A stretch of 64,000 nt of DNA, from assembly GCF_009914755.1 (NCBI RefSeq), contig NC_060929.1. The stretch is one strand, 5' to 3'. Below are positions 41,119 through 59,024 of the stretch, piece by piece (position 1 is the stretch's first letter; every line of letters begins with the position of its first letter). Both the position numbers and the translations under genes were made by a program. Source of the DNA: the human T2T-CHM13v2.0 reference genome, Homo sapiens. The notes under the pieces are model-generated. The model saw nothing but the letters and a program-made list of their open reading frames with translations. It was not told where the DNA came from and searched no databases.

Positions 41119-42529
41119 AAAGAAAATGGGGCACAATACTTAGAAATGGCATCCTCTCGCTCTATTCCCTCCTTTTCTAGTGAAAAACTTCCAAGCTGGC
41201 AGAAGCCAGAGTGTGAGATCTGATTGCTTCTGTCTCTGGGGATCTCCTGGGTTGTAGTTCAGGAAAACTTTACCCTGTTCTTCCACTGCTTTCAGTTAAA
41301 GGGACTGTTTTCCTCTGGTCCAGTAATTCTAAGACAAGGGTTGAGAGTGGGACGAGAGTCTCTGCCTGTAGCTTGAATGCTCTCCTGGTCACCACCATCT
41401 GCTTCCACATCTGGTTTTATTGCTGGGCGGGAGATAGCTTGACCATTCCCATCACACTCCTGGAAACTCCGTTGATTTCCCCAAGGCAGCCAAAGAAGCT
41501 GGAGTGGAAATCTCAGCTCCCAGCAGCTAGAGAGGGTGACCCTGCTGGACTTGCCACAGTTGCTCCTCCTGGACCAGGCGGAGGTGGAGTAATTGACTCT
41601 CTGGTTTCCCCTGGAAGTGGTTTTAAATGAATAAGTGCAAAAAAAAAAAAAAAAAAAAAAGCCTGGTAACTGGGGTGGGGCACTAAGCAATTTCTTGGGC
41701 AGGAATTCAGCAGATCGGATGCTTGTGCCAGTGGTGTGGGCTGGGCTGAGACTCAGGGATGCACAGGGCTTGGTGCAGACAGGGTGGGAGCACTGACTAG
41801 CGGCACCACGAGGTTAGAGGGCTGCGATAAAGGTGTGTGAAGGGCACTGCAAGAACCCAGGGTGGGCGCCACTGACTGAGTGGGTAGGATAGTATGGGTG
41901 AGGTGAGCTTCTCAGAAGACGGACCTTTGAGCTGAGCCTGGTAAGAAATGGGGAATTTCAGATAGTGTAGACAGATGCAAAGATGGGACCACATGAGAGC
42001 ATTCTAAGGAGGAGTCCAGGTTGTTTGAATACAAGGGGATGGACAAAAGGTAGGGCAGGAGCGCAAGGCTGGGCCAGATGTTCGAAGGCCTTGAATGCTA
42101 TTCCCAGTGCGAAAGGACTCCACGCTTTGGTCATGGCCACAGCATGAGCATACCTGGGGTGGGGCTAGTGTTTAAGAAAGATCTCTATGAGAATCAAACT
42201 GGAAGCAGATGTTCCCAAGCAAAAGCGATAGGCCAGCAGGAATCAGACGGACCCTCAACTGGGCTGGAGAGATGTTTGTGGCGGGTGAATGGGTTGGATT
42301 TGGTGGCTGATTGGATGTGGGAAGGAGACGAAGAAAGGAATCTCCCAGGATGGCACTTGCTTTGGGGCCCCTACTGGCCCCTCTACCCTGCTCAGGGTGG
42401 GGAGAGAGGACCCACCAATGCCTAGGCCAACCCAGGTTCCCAGGGAAGCTTGGACAGGGAGGGCTTCCCAACACCCACTCCCTCAAAACTGAAGAGAAAA
42501 CTTACTACTTGTATTCTTGAGCTGGTCAA

Positions 42530-43060
42530 CACACTCAGTTGCAAGTGAGCAAAATCCAACTTAAAGTGACTTCAGCAAAAGGGGGAATGTGTTTGGTGTG
42601 TGTAATGAGAAGCTCTAGGGATGCTGCTTTCCCCTACAGTTGGATCACGCAGCTCGAATGAGGAGAGTAAACCTCATTCTCTCTCCCTGTCTTGGCTCAG
42701 CTTTCCTCTGTGTCCAGGCCAGCTCTCGTCACAGGGTGGTTTCTGCTGCTCCAGACTTACATCCCCACAGCTCAGCAGCTGCAGCAACAGGAGACTCCAA
42801 CAGCCCCATCAAAAGTTCCAGAACTGAGTCTCATTGGCCCCTTTTGGGTCACATGCCCTTCCCTGCACCAATCACTCTAGCCAGAGGGTGGACTACACTG
42901 ATTGGCCTAAACCGTGGTCATGTGCCCTCTATGGGAGAACAGGCTGGGGCCTCACCCTCAACTAAACCTCACTGAAGGTGACTGGGGGAGGAGCAGCTTC
43001 CCCAGAGGAAATGGGGATACCCTTTCTAAAATAAGGGAAATTGTTGCTTGATTGCTTTTC
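42530..43060. mobile_element. Old MLT1-type MaLR LTR
   Basis: TCAGTTGCAAGTGA..AAATCCAACTT.., TTGGGTCACATGCCC..CCAATCACT..GATTGGCC..TTCCCAGAGGAAAT. Confidence 0.6.
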
Positions 43061-43173
43061 TACAGCAGCTGAGGGCAATGCAGAGTGGCCCCTCTTCTTT
43101 CCAGCATCTGACACCCATATTATGGTTTCATACCCAGGCCTCTTCAACATACCTTTAAAGTCCAAGAGATGAT

Positions 43174-43480
<307 letters not shown>

Positions 43481-43959
43481 GTCCAAGAGATGAACCAGCA
43501 GGGAGATGCACTTGACCTTGTGCACATTTACAAAAAAACCAACTGCAACTATTCATTCATAGACCCATCTGCCTCCTGCGTGCCCTGGCCAGCCCTGCCT
43601 ATCGAGGGTGATAGAAAGACCCAGACTCTGCCCCCAAGGAGTTTACAGTCAGTGGAGTCTATTTTAGGTATAACTCCTGGATAATTTAGTAGAGTCAGAC
43701 TTACTCTCCAAAAAATACACTTCACTGCATATGTTTTTCTGGTATTCGGATGCTTTTATTTGCTTTTAGATTAACTGCCTCACATGAAAATCATGAATTG
43801 AAAAGACCTTTAAAAATTCACCATTTACTTCTGAGTCAATTTTGTCTTCACTGATAAAAAATACCTAATATCTATTGCACATCCTCACTGAGGCAGCCTC
43901 TGGGAGTTTCACGATTTATTCTCTGGAAATCCGGATCTGGGTCCTGAGAAAGTGTGGTG

Positions 43960-44305
43960 GTCCCTTCATGGACTAAGAGGGTGAGGGTCTGGAAACTGTT
44001 CTATTGGAACAGCGAGCTACAGAATGATGGTCTGGACGAAAGAAGACTCGGGGGCATGTGCTCTCTATTACCCAGCATCTGTATGTGGAAGCAACGCACG
44101 TTAGAGGGTAGAGAGTAGAAGTGATTGGGAATAGATTTTTTAGCTCAATATGAAAGAGAAATATTTAGAGACCAGAGCTATTGCAAAACAAATAGACTGC
44201 CGTATAAGCTAGTGAGCTCCTCATTCCTGGAAGCGTGTAAACAGGGACTCTTAGGTGGAAAGTTAGACCAAATGACCTCAGCCTCTTCCAACTAGAAGAT
44301 TCCTC
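43960..44305 (+). mobile_element. CR1/L3 LINE 3' end
   Basis: AGCTCAATAT..CAGAGCT..AGTGAGCTCCTCATTCCTGGAAG..TAGACCAAATGACCTC..CTTCCAACT..GATTC resembles the L3 tail. Confidence 0.6.
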
Positions 44306-46629
44306 AACTATGGGCTGAACAGTGTTTGAGTTTTGGCTCAAACACTATTTTTCTCTGTGGCCTTGGGTGAGGCGCTGTCCCTCTCTGAGCCTCAGTGACC
44401 TAGATAGCCCCCACAGCGTCTTCCTCTTCTAAATACTTTGCCTTGCTCATGTCAGATATTCACACCTGCCTCTGCACACTCAGGCAATTTCTGCCCCGTG
44501 CATATTTCGAGGCTCCAGAGCCTGAGCAAACCAGCCCACCAAACCCACAGGTGTGAGGCAGCTTCTGTCTGTGCCTTCTGTTCCTAGAGAGGCTGTGATT
44601 CATGGCCATGGGGGATGCCTCCCCCATCTGACAGGTGGAGAAGTGAGGTCTGGGGGAGGAAACTAACCACTGGAGCCAGACGCACTCCCCGCAAACACAC
44701 CTGACTGGGCCTCTCCCACCTCACCATCTCCCTGTCCCCATTATTGGCCCTCAATCCACAAAGGACCCTGGGAATAGGCCTCTCCCCACCACGTCAGGTG
44801 AAGGGCAGCCACTGAAGCGGATGCAGACCCCAACATCTTGGACCTGAGAAGTGCATTTCCCACAGATCTCTCCATAGGCAGCCTTAAGGCTTTTTGCGTT
44901 TGATTTTTACAACAGCCCTGCAAGGGAGGCATTACCGTCCCCAACTTCTGGGGAGGAAACTGCGGCTCAGCGAGGCCAGCAATTGTCTGAAACCAGCTGG
45001 TAAATAAGCTGCAGAGAGGGCACTGGACCAGGCCCACCTGCTCAGCCATGCTCCCTCCCTGGGGTCGCGCAGAAGCTCACCTCGGGAAGAAGGCCCCGCT
45101 CCCCCAGGAAGGGCCCCCTTGCCAGGACAGTCATCCAGAGCCACACCTGACCCCAGTTCCTGCTGTCACTCTTTGCTAAAAGATGGAGGGGACTAGGTGG
45201 GCCTCGAGCTCCACCTTCCCTCGGACTTCTGCTGGGTCTTTTGGAGAAGCCACTTGCCCTCTCTGAGCCTCTGCTTCCTACCTAAGGATTCCATCAATCT
45301 AAGTCTCTGCACCCCTATATCTCCATCTGAGTGGGGAATAAAACTTCCGGCCACACAGAGTCACAAAGCATCCTCTACCCCTTGTCTGCCCTGATATGAC
45401 CCTGTAATGTGGAGAGCAGAAGACCCACTGCACAAATGAAGAAACTGAGAGACTTTAACTTGTGCCCAAGATCACACAGTTAGGAAGACACAAAGCCAGA
45501 GATGCGGTCCTGACCCTTACTACTCAGGCAGTGCCTGCCCAGGACTCTCACGCAGACCTAGCTGGGGCCACAGAATTCACAAGGATGCGGGGTAAGCTGA
45601 TGACACACTTGTCAGTGGGCCCCACCAGCCACCAGGTCCTCCCTCCCTCCCAGGGCCTCACTGAAGCCAATTTCTGCACCATCAGAGCCGCTGAACCTTC
45701 TGCTGTTGGTGGAAGCCAGTCACAGGTCACTGCCTAGCGGTCTCTCTCATCCACCAGCGTGGCTGCGGCCCTCCGTGCTCTCTGGGGTTCTGAAAACAGA
45801 ACTGTGTGGTGCCAGGTGATCCAGAAGAGAAGCAGTGAGAGCTGGAAGGGCACATGAAGGGCAGTGTGGGCAGAGGGACAGGCAGGGAGGGCACTGCCGC
45901 CACAGAGCTGCCCTGGTTCCCTGCCCCCGGGGGAGCACAGCCCAGCAAGAGGGAAATGATGGCATCTTTTGTGGCTGAATTTTCACAACTCATGAGAGAG
46001 GAAGAGATGATTAGCCCCATTTTTCAGCTGAAATCATTGATGCTCAGACATGAAGCAACTTGCCCAGGGTTACACAGCCAGGGAGCAGCAGAGCCCAGGT
46101 ATGAACCATCATGCCTGTCTCCTTCCCCGCCCCCGGAGGTGCGTGATGCCCCCACAGAGGAGAGTGAAGCGAGGCAGCCCTCCTTTAGGAGGGGGAGTTT
46201 TAGGGGTGAAGCACCCCACCCCCAGCTGTCCAGCCACCCTTAGCCTCTTCCTCTTTGCCACAGGCCATGCGGCACTAACAAGGACTCTGGTGGTCTCTTC
46301 GAGGGACCCTCATACATAGCTCTGCAGGCAGGCAAGGGATGAGCACAATCCAGTCTCTGGAGTCCTCACTCCCCAGAGCTTTCCTGGAAACAGCAGGAAG
46401 CTATTTTTAAAGCAGCATCCGCAGGCAGTAACCTGGGAGATGAGTCTCCCTCCAGATCCTCACCCCTGTGGGCTGGGGGCAGCGTTCACCCTGCTCACAG
46501 CTCAGCCAAGAAGCCCAGATCTGGGAAGGAGAGCAGGGAACATGTCACCTGCCAAGGGAAGCAGGTGGGTCTGCTCCAAACAAGCCTCGATTTTACCAAC
46601 TGGAAGGGGCCTTAGAGCCCAAGGGAAAC

Positions 46630-46900
46630 GTGCGTGTGTTCGTGCTCACACAGTTGTGTCAGTGCGATTGTGAGCATGGCTGGGGGTGCGCGTGTGTGCT
46701 CATGGCAGCTGAGTGTCTCCATATCCTATGCAGGCGTGACATTTAGGCATAAGTGCGTCTCTGTGTCTGTGAAAGCCAGTGTGCTGATGTCAGCTTGCCT
46801 CTGTGTGTGTGTGTGTGTCTCGGTACATCTGAATCTATTTGTTCCTGTGTGCATGTGTGTGGGTGTAAGTATGCATCAGTGTTTACGTGTGTCTGTCAGT
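46630..46900. repeat. Degenerate (TG)n-rich tract
   Basis: GTGTGTGTGTGTGTGT core near 46803 with TG-rich flanks; source of Cys/Val-rich pseudo-ORFs. Confidence 0.75.
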
Positions 46901-48573
46901 CTCCCAGAAACCCTGGAAATACATGGGCAGAATGTTAGAAGTAGGAAGAGCATTCGCTCTCTCCAGCTCCCTCCCTTCTCTCCCCACTGCTCAAGTCACA
47001 GAAGGGGAAATCGTAGCTCAGAGAGGGGAAGGGACTTGCTCAAGGCCAGTCAGCCGCAGAGAGAACTGGAACCCAGATTTGCTTCCTGGCTCCCAGGGCC
47101 CGTCTACTCAGTCACCCCATTCAGGCTCCATTCCCAAGGCCAAAAGCTGCTCCCTCCTGCCCTGACGCAGGTGAGAACCAACAGGGCCCATCTTCTCCCT
47201 GGGCTTTGACTTGGCTGCTGAGAGGGGAAAAGTGTCTGATGCAAGTGTCTCTGTTATGGGCTCTGAGCAGAACATTGACTATGATTCAACAAACCATAGT
47301 CTGCTATTGGGGCAGAGCATGTACAAAGCCTACCAGCTGCCCAGCCCTGGTCCCGCAGATATCCCAAGAGAGGCCAGGCATGGCCCCTGCCCTCAAGATA
47401 CCCACAGCTCAGCAGGAGGTCAGATAGGTCAACCAAGAACTATGACATGGGATTAAACATGCCTAACGGAGGCATGCAGAGAATTCCAAAGCAGCACAGA
47501 GGCAGAGGCAACTGATTCTGCCGAGAGGATCAAACAAAGCTAGTGAGGAGATGGGCGACATTTGAGTTGGGGTTTAAGAGAGAAATAGGTATGTCAGACA
47601 TTGAAAGAGAAAGGGCCTTCTAAGCTGGGGGCACGAGTTATGCCAAGGCAACTTATCCACTTCTGACACTGTTCTAAAGAGGTCCAGCTCTTCCCTGGTC
47701 TACCCTAGGACTCTGCTGGCTCTGCCCTCCATGTCTCTTGTCTGTGCTCCTATTATTTCCACCATCTGGGATTTATTCATTCCTTTAGCAAATATGTCCT
47801 AGCCACCAAAAAGGTTCCTGGCCCTGAAAGTGGTACAGGAGATAAAGCTGTAATTTTGAGCATAGTCTCCATGTCTGACAGCAGGAGATGGGGGTAGTTA
47901 ATCATCAACCAGTCACAGCTCCTCATTTCCTATGTGCCTGGCCCTGTGCTCAGTGCCATGAGGAATGGAGAAGACCATGAAAGCTCATTGAGCACCATGC
48001 TTGCAACAACACAGAGAGTTAAGTCTTGAAGGCCCCATTTCTGGAAAAGAAAGTTGAAGCTCAGAGAGATGACCTGACTTACCTGAGGTTGCACACAGTG
48101 CTGAGAGCCAAACCAGCTCCGTGTGATGAGTGTGGGTTCTTTCTGCCAGGCTGGGCTGCCTGCCTTCACAACCAGAAACATGGGCGTTGGAAACTGCTGC
48201 TTCTGCTGTTCTTTTGCCTATAATTGTCTCCTTAACGGGCCTGTGACGCTTTCAGTTATGTTCTTTTGCAAATGCCAGACAAGCTTGGGGACCCAAGGCA
48301 GTAGGGAGATTGTCTGCCAAAGAAAGTAGAATCAAACCTCCCCTTCCAAGGAATCTTCCAAACCCAGCAGGTTTGAGGTTAAAATTGGAGAGGGCAGGAA
48401 TCTCAGGGGTCAAGACTGGGCCCCTATGTGCCTTCCAAGAAAGCACCTCTTCCTGAATCTGATGCTCAGACCAAAAGAAGGGAACATGCATGGAGAGGAC
48501 CCAGGCAGGCCCCACACATGAAGCCCTTAGCACTCTGCTTGCCTCTTTAATGTGAGCTAAGAAAAAAGGATTA

Positions 48574-48899
<326 letters not shown>

Positions 48900-50291
48900 T
48901 TAATCTGCATTGCATGGCCTCCACAAAGCTTTGGGATTTTTTGAAATCTCTTTTGTTACGGAGGCTTCATAATCTACCTTGTGATTAGGAATTGCCACCC
49001 TGATTTTGCAGATGAGAAGGGCTGGCTGCTTGGGATACAGAGATGAAGAGAGTACAGTCCCTGACCCCAGAGAACTCGTGGTGAAGAAACACAAACGCAC
49101 AGAAGGCCTCTAGGGTGCTCAAGTCTGTAATACAAAGAAGCATGGGGGGCTGTACAAGGGACACAGGGGACTCGTTTCCAAGTTGGAAAGTCAAGAAAAG
49201 CTTTCTGAAGGAGCAGACATCTAAGCTGAGACCAGAGGAAGAAAGTTAGCCAGGCAAATGGAAATGGGGGGGCCTGGTATGCAATAGGTCAAAGGCTCCA
49301 GCCCAAAGCCTAGATCCCACTCCAGGACTCTTTGAGAAACACTGTTTGACACATCCACTGGGCAGGTATGGTTTGGAAGAATTTAGCAGTTAGGATCTGG
49401 GGTGGGGATGGGAGGCTGGAGAGGGATTCCACAGCCAAAATCAGTCAGTCCCCAGACGGAGGGGACTCTCTCCGCCCCTTCCTGCCATAGCCAGGCCCCT
49501 TCTTTGAAAACTTTGCCCAGACCGCAGGCTCGGCTGCTACCTACCTTCTGTTGCCTGCCTCTGGTTTTCCTCCCTCACATCCCCTTTCCTGGTGAGCTGG
49601 GGACCCATCTAACCTGGAGGCCCAGGTTCCTGCAGGGCACTTAGTTTCCATGCATGGCTCCAGCCCCCATGGGCTCAGCGTTCCTCCCTGAAACATCCTC
49701 TCTGGCTGCTGTTTTAGCGCAAGATTTTGCTTCAGGGTAAATCCTACGTTTCCCAAACCAACGGCATCTTGGCATGTAACTGAGATGCACAGGGAATCCC
49801 TGGATTTGAAGTCAGGAAGGCCTGCCTCTGGATGCCAGCTCTGCCACTGATGTAGCTTGGCAAGTTCCTACGTGTCTCTGGACCTTGATGTCCACAAATG
49901 TAAAATGGGGTAATGACACCAACTGCACAGAATTACTGTGAAGATTCAAATGAAACCCTGCATGCGAAAACTGCTCAGAAACGGTCCAGAGATGTGTAGA
50001 TACAGGCAGGTACTACTGCTGTGACCCTGGTCACAGAAATGTCCATTCACTCAGCAAGTGTTTATCCAGGGCCCGGGTGCCAGGCTCTGCACTCAGAGCT
50101 GGAATCTAACAATGGACTAAGTAGACGCAGAGTCTGCCCTCAAGGACCTCACAGTCTGGGAAAGAGACAGACATGGACAACTTCAACGTAACGCAATTCA
50201 TGCTTGGGTGGGAGGAAGCACAGTGGGCGGGGTAGCAGGGGGAGTCACCTTAAACCTAGGCCAGCCTGGGAAATGCAGAAAAGTTTTGTGG

Positions 50292-50822
<531 letters not shown>

Positions 50823-51039
50823 TTAAACAGATTGCAAACAATGTGTTGATTTTTTTTGAAAAAGTAAAAACTGCCACACCATCACATACGTTTAGATCAT
50901 ATTACAGTTACCGGAGCCTGGAGCAGCTAAAACAAGAAAAAGGTTGGAAAACACAACATTGAGAAATAGTTCAATCAATGCATAAGACAGGAATAGTCAG
51001 CAAAACAGCTCCCTTTTTAAAAAAGTAATTTATAGCATC

Positions 51040-51282
51040 AAAAATCTGAATCATGCCTCACTGGTAAATTCTACCAAATATTTAAGGAAGAAATAATACC
51101 AATTCTACACAAAATATTTCTAGAAAATAGGAGGGAACCTTCCCAAATCATTTTAAGAGGCCAGGTAAATTAGCTTGATACAGAAACCAGACAAAGGTAT
51201 TACAAGAAAACCACAGGCCAATATCCCTCATGAACACGGATGCAAAAATCCTCACAAAATATTAGCAAATGGAATCCAACCA
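51040..51282 (+). mobile_element. L1 ORF2 fragment
   Basis: CACTGGTAAATTCTACCAAATATTTAAGGAAGAAATAATACCAATTCTACAC..CAGGCCAATATCCCTCATGAACA..ATGCAAAAATCCTCA..AATATTAGCAAAT (RT region). Confidence 0.8.
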
Positions 51283-51398
51283 TCTGCACCTTATTTCCAG
51301 ATGCTCACAGCTGAGCTCTTCCCAGTGCTGAAATCAAAGTTTTTGTTGAAATCAAATTATTTATTTAAGTGAGTTAGTAAGAGAAGTCTTTGTTGTAA

Positions 51399-51739
<341 letters not shown>

Positions 51740-51769
51740 GCAAATGGCTTTTAAAATCTCAACTGACTA

Positions 51770-52140
<371 letters not shown>

Positions 52141-53861
52141 TCAGGTGACTGGAACGAGGCTCTTACTCAAGTCCACAGGGAGCCAGCTGCCTGCACCCCT
52201 CAGCTCTACTCTCCTGGGGTTGTCCCATTGTCTCAGGCAGGTTCTCCAGCGGGGTGGCGAGATGTTGCTATTCTCACCAGGTGTTTGTCCAACCAGCTGC
52301 AAGTCATCTGGAAAGAGGGGCCCTCTTTCTGGGGAAGCCCAGAATTGAGGTTCAGCCAGGGTGGGTTACACAAGGGTTTTGCATAAGCATTCCGTCTTCA
52401 ACTACCCCGTCCTCTGTCCAAAAGATAGAGGCCTTGGCACAGAAAACAGGATAAAAACAGTAGTAATCATTCTCAATCCATGCCTCCCTTTACAGTCTAT
52501 GAAGCTCCAGCAGCCATCGTCCCAGCTGATCCTTGCCCTGCAAGGCAGGCAGAGCAAGTGCCAATGTCACACCCACTTTACAGATAAAGAACATGAGGCC
52601 CAGAGTGCAGGCAGTGGCACAAGTGGTGCAGCCGAAGCTGTGTTCAGTTCAGAGCTGCAAGATGCCACATCCCAGGGCAGTTTCAGTTCTCAAGAAAACC
52701 TCTCTAGAAGAAACTAGACCCTAACTTGGGTATCCCAAAGGAGTCAGGGGGAAAGGAAGCACGGGGCCAAGGCTTGGTCACCACTGGTCTCATTCACTCC
52801 CTTCTCCACACCTGCAAGGTGGTCTCACTGACCTGAGGCTCTGAGAGGAGCTGTGACCTGGTCAAGGTCACAGGGCTAGGAAGGGAAATTCAGACCCCAA
52901 GCTGTGCTTCCCCCTGACCTTCACTTAGCTCTGAAGAAAGGCCTCGGGGCAACCCCACGGGGCGTCTCTGCACGGCTCCCCGCAGCAGGCAGCAGGGGCT
53001 AATTGGAAACTGGAGCCTTGAAACCTTCCCGCCCTCCCCTCTTCACCTGGAGCCAAGGCCATCTGTTCCCTTTTGTCTTCAGGCTGCAGGGGAAGATGAA
53101 ACTAAATTTAAATACTAATAATACTTAACATTTGTCTGGAAAGTGTTTTGCACACTAATTGCTGATTAATCCTCCCCAGGCCCCAGAGAGATCTCCCTGT
53201 CTTTGTGTCCCCATTCTGCAGACAGACTGGTGGCTTTCAGACAGAAAGGAGCTGGACCAGAAGGCTGGAAGATGGATTCGGGGCGTACTGTGCAAGACCT
53301 TTGCCAGAGCCTGAGCAATTTCCATCTCTACTCAGCTGGATGGGCGTGGTGAATAAATTCATTCAGTTCATTGTTGCTCCACAGCTAACAATAAAGCTGG
53401 GAGCTGGGTCCAAATGGTGACTTGGCTGTCTACCAGCTGCTTGGCCATGGGCAACCCCCACCCCCTCTGAGCCTTGGTTTCCGTATCTGTAAAATGTACA
53501 TGATGCTCCCTGTTGGTTGGGTCAGCCTCCCCAGTGTTACCAAGCCACGGGGCCGGACACTGGGATGCTACATTGAACCAAACAGAGAAGGTCCCAGCTT
53601 CCATGCAACTTGCAGTCTAGTCAGAGAGGGAGATAATAGTTAAAAATAAGCAAATAAGCAAGGTAATTACAGCTCGTGATGGTAAGGCTGTTAGAAAACA
53701 ATTTTGTAAATGTATTTTTTAAACTGTGATATACCTCAAAGATTCTTCTGGGTGGTAGAGTCCTATTTTTGTTGCAACATTTATCTAGAAATCAGAGATG
53801 TGTTCCCCAAGAAATGGTTGCAAAAGACGGAAACATAGACCGGGAAATTTTGCCAACGTAA

Positions 53862-54258
<397 letters not shown>

Positions 54259-54762
54259 CCCCTTCTGTCTTTCATCTTTATACTTCCCCAGGGGTTTCTG
54301 GGCTGCCCCCTCACCCAAGCCTCAGAGCCAGGTCTTTCTTATGGAGTTGGAGGCTGTGACCACATGGTTTTCCAGCTTTTCTAGTTCTTTGAAGTCCTAA
54401 GATTCTACATCAGGTCTCATAGGCCACCGCAGGGAATGAGGGGACCCAGGCAGGGGTCTCCAGGCCCCCCACCACTCACGCAGCCAGTGCATCTTCACTC
54501 TAACTTTCTTACCCATTTGGCTTCCAAATCAAATGCAACTAAAAATAGAATCCCATTTCTATAAAATGCTTGAAAAATAGCTTTCTTCAGGGAGATGACT
54601 TGGAGTTGGGACACCAAGATTTAAATCCTGGCTCTGTCTCCTAAGAGCAAGTAACCCAGAGCAGGCCGGCACTGTGAAATGAGGTTGCTGTCTGACCAGA
54701 GAACACAAGGAAGGTCGTCCTGGCAACAAACCCAGTGTAATGCTTGGGGCACTCCATAAGCA

Positions 54763-56300
<1,538 letters not shown>

Positions 56301-59024
56301 GGAGGACGAAAAATCAGCACCATCCCTCTCAGGGCAAAATAGAGAAAGCCCACTCAAGCACTGTTTTCCTAATGCAAAGGCATGAAGTTCTTTGCAGGAT
56401 TGACAGGGTCTCACCTCTTCTGTATTAGGCTGGTGCCAGGGAAAAGGGCAGGCATGGAGAGGAAGCAAGAAGACTGTCTTGCAAAAATGTCAAGGAAACA
56501 TCCCCTGTTTGCACACATGTGGGAAAGCGAGTGGGCCAGCACATGGTGTGACAAGACTTTTTTTTATAGCATGCTCAGCTCAAAGAGCTTCCTCTGTGCT
56601 GGGCACACAGGTGTCCTCTGCAAGCCACACAGCAGCCTGACTATCCTCATCTCACAGAGGAAACCAGGGCCCAGGAAAGTGGGTAATTCACCAGCCTCCC
56701 ACACCACAGTTGGGGAAACTGAGATTTGAACTGAGAACTCTCTAACTATGAAGGGCTGTGCCAGGAATGTTTTAAGGTAGAAACAAGGAAAGCATTGACC
56801 TTCATGCTTCAATCCAAGACACAGAGACCTTGAGGTGAGTCTAAGACAGTGATTGCTGGAGGCTCCAGTTCCCATACATACCCTCTGGTGAGCTTCTCAG
56901 CATACATCTCAGCCCACTCCAGTTCCCCACACCACCACATACATCCCCCCAAAACCTGCAAACCCAACACGGAGACAGACACTCAGATGCATAGTCAGAA
57001 CTCATGCCCACACAGAAGGGCAGTTTGTGCAAGCTCCCAGCAGGTGCACACACAGGCTTACGTGGGCACCAGCACACAACAAAGCACAAAGGTGCACCTG
57101 GGAGTCACGCTTGTGAAGAGGACATTACACACAGGAGAAGTGCACATCAGAAACAGCCTGAAGCTAGAATAGAGGCAACCAGAGCAGGGAACGTGGGGTA
57201 CACCTGCCCCACTCCTCAACTACCCTAAAACATGCACTCCTGCTGCTAGCAAGAACCCTATGTCTGAGACCTAGATTCCAGGGACCCCCCAAGTCTCTTC
57301 CACACTGCAGGCTCAGAGGATCAAGGTCCCTTACCAGCAGGGACACATGAGTGCCTCTCACACAGAGGCATCCTCTCAAGTGGCTCTCAGATGTGTAGGA
57401 GGGCCATGTCTCCCTTCTTTGCCTTAGATCAGATTGGCACAGTGGTTAGAAGCAGAGACTGAATGGGAATCCCAGCTCTCCTCCTGCCTGGGTGGGAGTG
57501 ACCTTGGACAAGTCTTCTTTTCTATAAGCCTCAAATTTCTCGGCAAAATGAGGGTATGATACTCACCTTGTAAGGTTTTAGTAAGAAATGAGATAAAGTG
57601 TAAACATCCAATAAGAACTGAATAGATGTTGATTACCTTTTCTTGGACCCCACTCTCCTAGCACTCGCTGCTCAATGCAGCAGACAGACAGACACCATTC
57701 AATCAGCCACAAGCATTCCTCCCATAGGCCCTCCCTTCCAGGGGCTAAGAATTGCAGCGAAGACAGAGATCTAAGCAGATAATGACTGTCCAGCATGGAG
57801 GGCCATGAAGGAGGACACACTGCTGGTATGGTGGGAGCCCAGAGGAGGAGACAGCAAAGCAGTGGCACAGCAGGCTGCCCAGAGCTGTGGGTGCCAGCAG
57901 GATGGGGGCCATAAGGCCACATTTCAACCGAAAACAGCAGGTGGTAATCATTTCCTCAATGACTCCCACTATTGACACTTACTGAGCACCTACTGTGTAC
58001 TAGACATTTTACATGTCCCTGTGAGTGAACCAGTGCTCTAATCATACAGCAAAGATGCTATTATTATCTCCTCCTAAAGAAAAGGAAACCAGGGGAGTAG
58101 GCATGACCTGCTCAAGGTTACAGAGATCAGGGTGAAGCCTGACTGCAAACCCCACACTCTTCCCTGATGATCCCAGCTCTCAGCTCCTTTAGCAAACGGC
58201 CCCGCTTCCTGATTGTGCCTTCCTCCTCGAGTTCACTGGGAAGACACATGGTACCGTGGTGACCCACATCACCATCTCTGCAGAGTCCAGCACCCCGTGG
58301 AAGGACGGCCATGGGGCCTGCACTCCAGGGTTCCCCTAATCCTCCTCCCCTGGCCCCAGCCAGGCCCTCTACCTCTGAGGCCCTTCTCACCCACCTGCAC
58401 TTGCAGGACAGCTGCTCGGTGGCCCCAGCACAGGCCTGCGCCTCTGGGTATTAGGCAGCCTCTCCTGAGCCCTGGCATCTGCCAACCCTGCCCTTCTTAG
58501 ACTCTTTGGCTAAACACCCAACTCGTGACAACCATTTCACAGAGGGAGAAACTGAGGAAAGAAAGACCAGGGGCCCTAGAGGTGAGGGCCGGCACCCATG
58601 CTCTGAAGAGAACATCCCACCAAGTTTCCCCTCTAGGCCCTGGCGCAACTGTGAGTCTAGAGACCCCTCTCCCTACCTCATCCTTGGGAATCAGCAGCCA
58701 TAGCTTTAAACAGCTCATCCCCCCAGGCTGAGCTAGGATTACAGCAGGCTTGCCAGTGAAGGAGGTTACCAGCGAGATGAGTCAGCCAGCCAGTCAGGGT
58801 CAGCGGGTAGGGGAGGGCCAGTCGGTCAGGCAGACAGCAGCAGCCACCCAGGGTCCAGAGCCAGTCTCTGAGGCAGCCAGACGGGGTCAGCTAGTCAGAC
58901 AACAGGCTGGCCTGGCTCACAGCCTCCTCCAGCCCCTCTCTCGAGCTCTGCCTTCCCCACAAGCCTTTGATGGGGCCTCAAAGCAGTAGCCAGAAAGCCC
59001 CAAGCTGTAAACACTGGCTCCCAA

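Noticed and set aside
46634-47209. 191-aa Cys/Val-rich ORF
   Set aside because: Arises from a TG-rich simple repeat plus MIR
51312-51332. Canonically spaced RE1-like site on the minus strand (TTCAGCACTGGGAAGAGCTCA)
   Set aside because: Mismatch in the critical GG of the right half (GAAGAG instead of GGACAG)
58770-58920. (CAG/GTCAG)-rich periodic stretch with TGAGTCA
   Set aside because: Low-complexity decayed repeat; a single AP-1 heptamer is expected by chance
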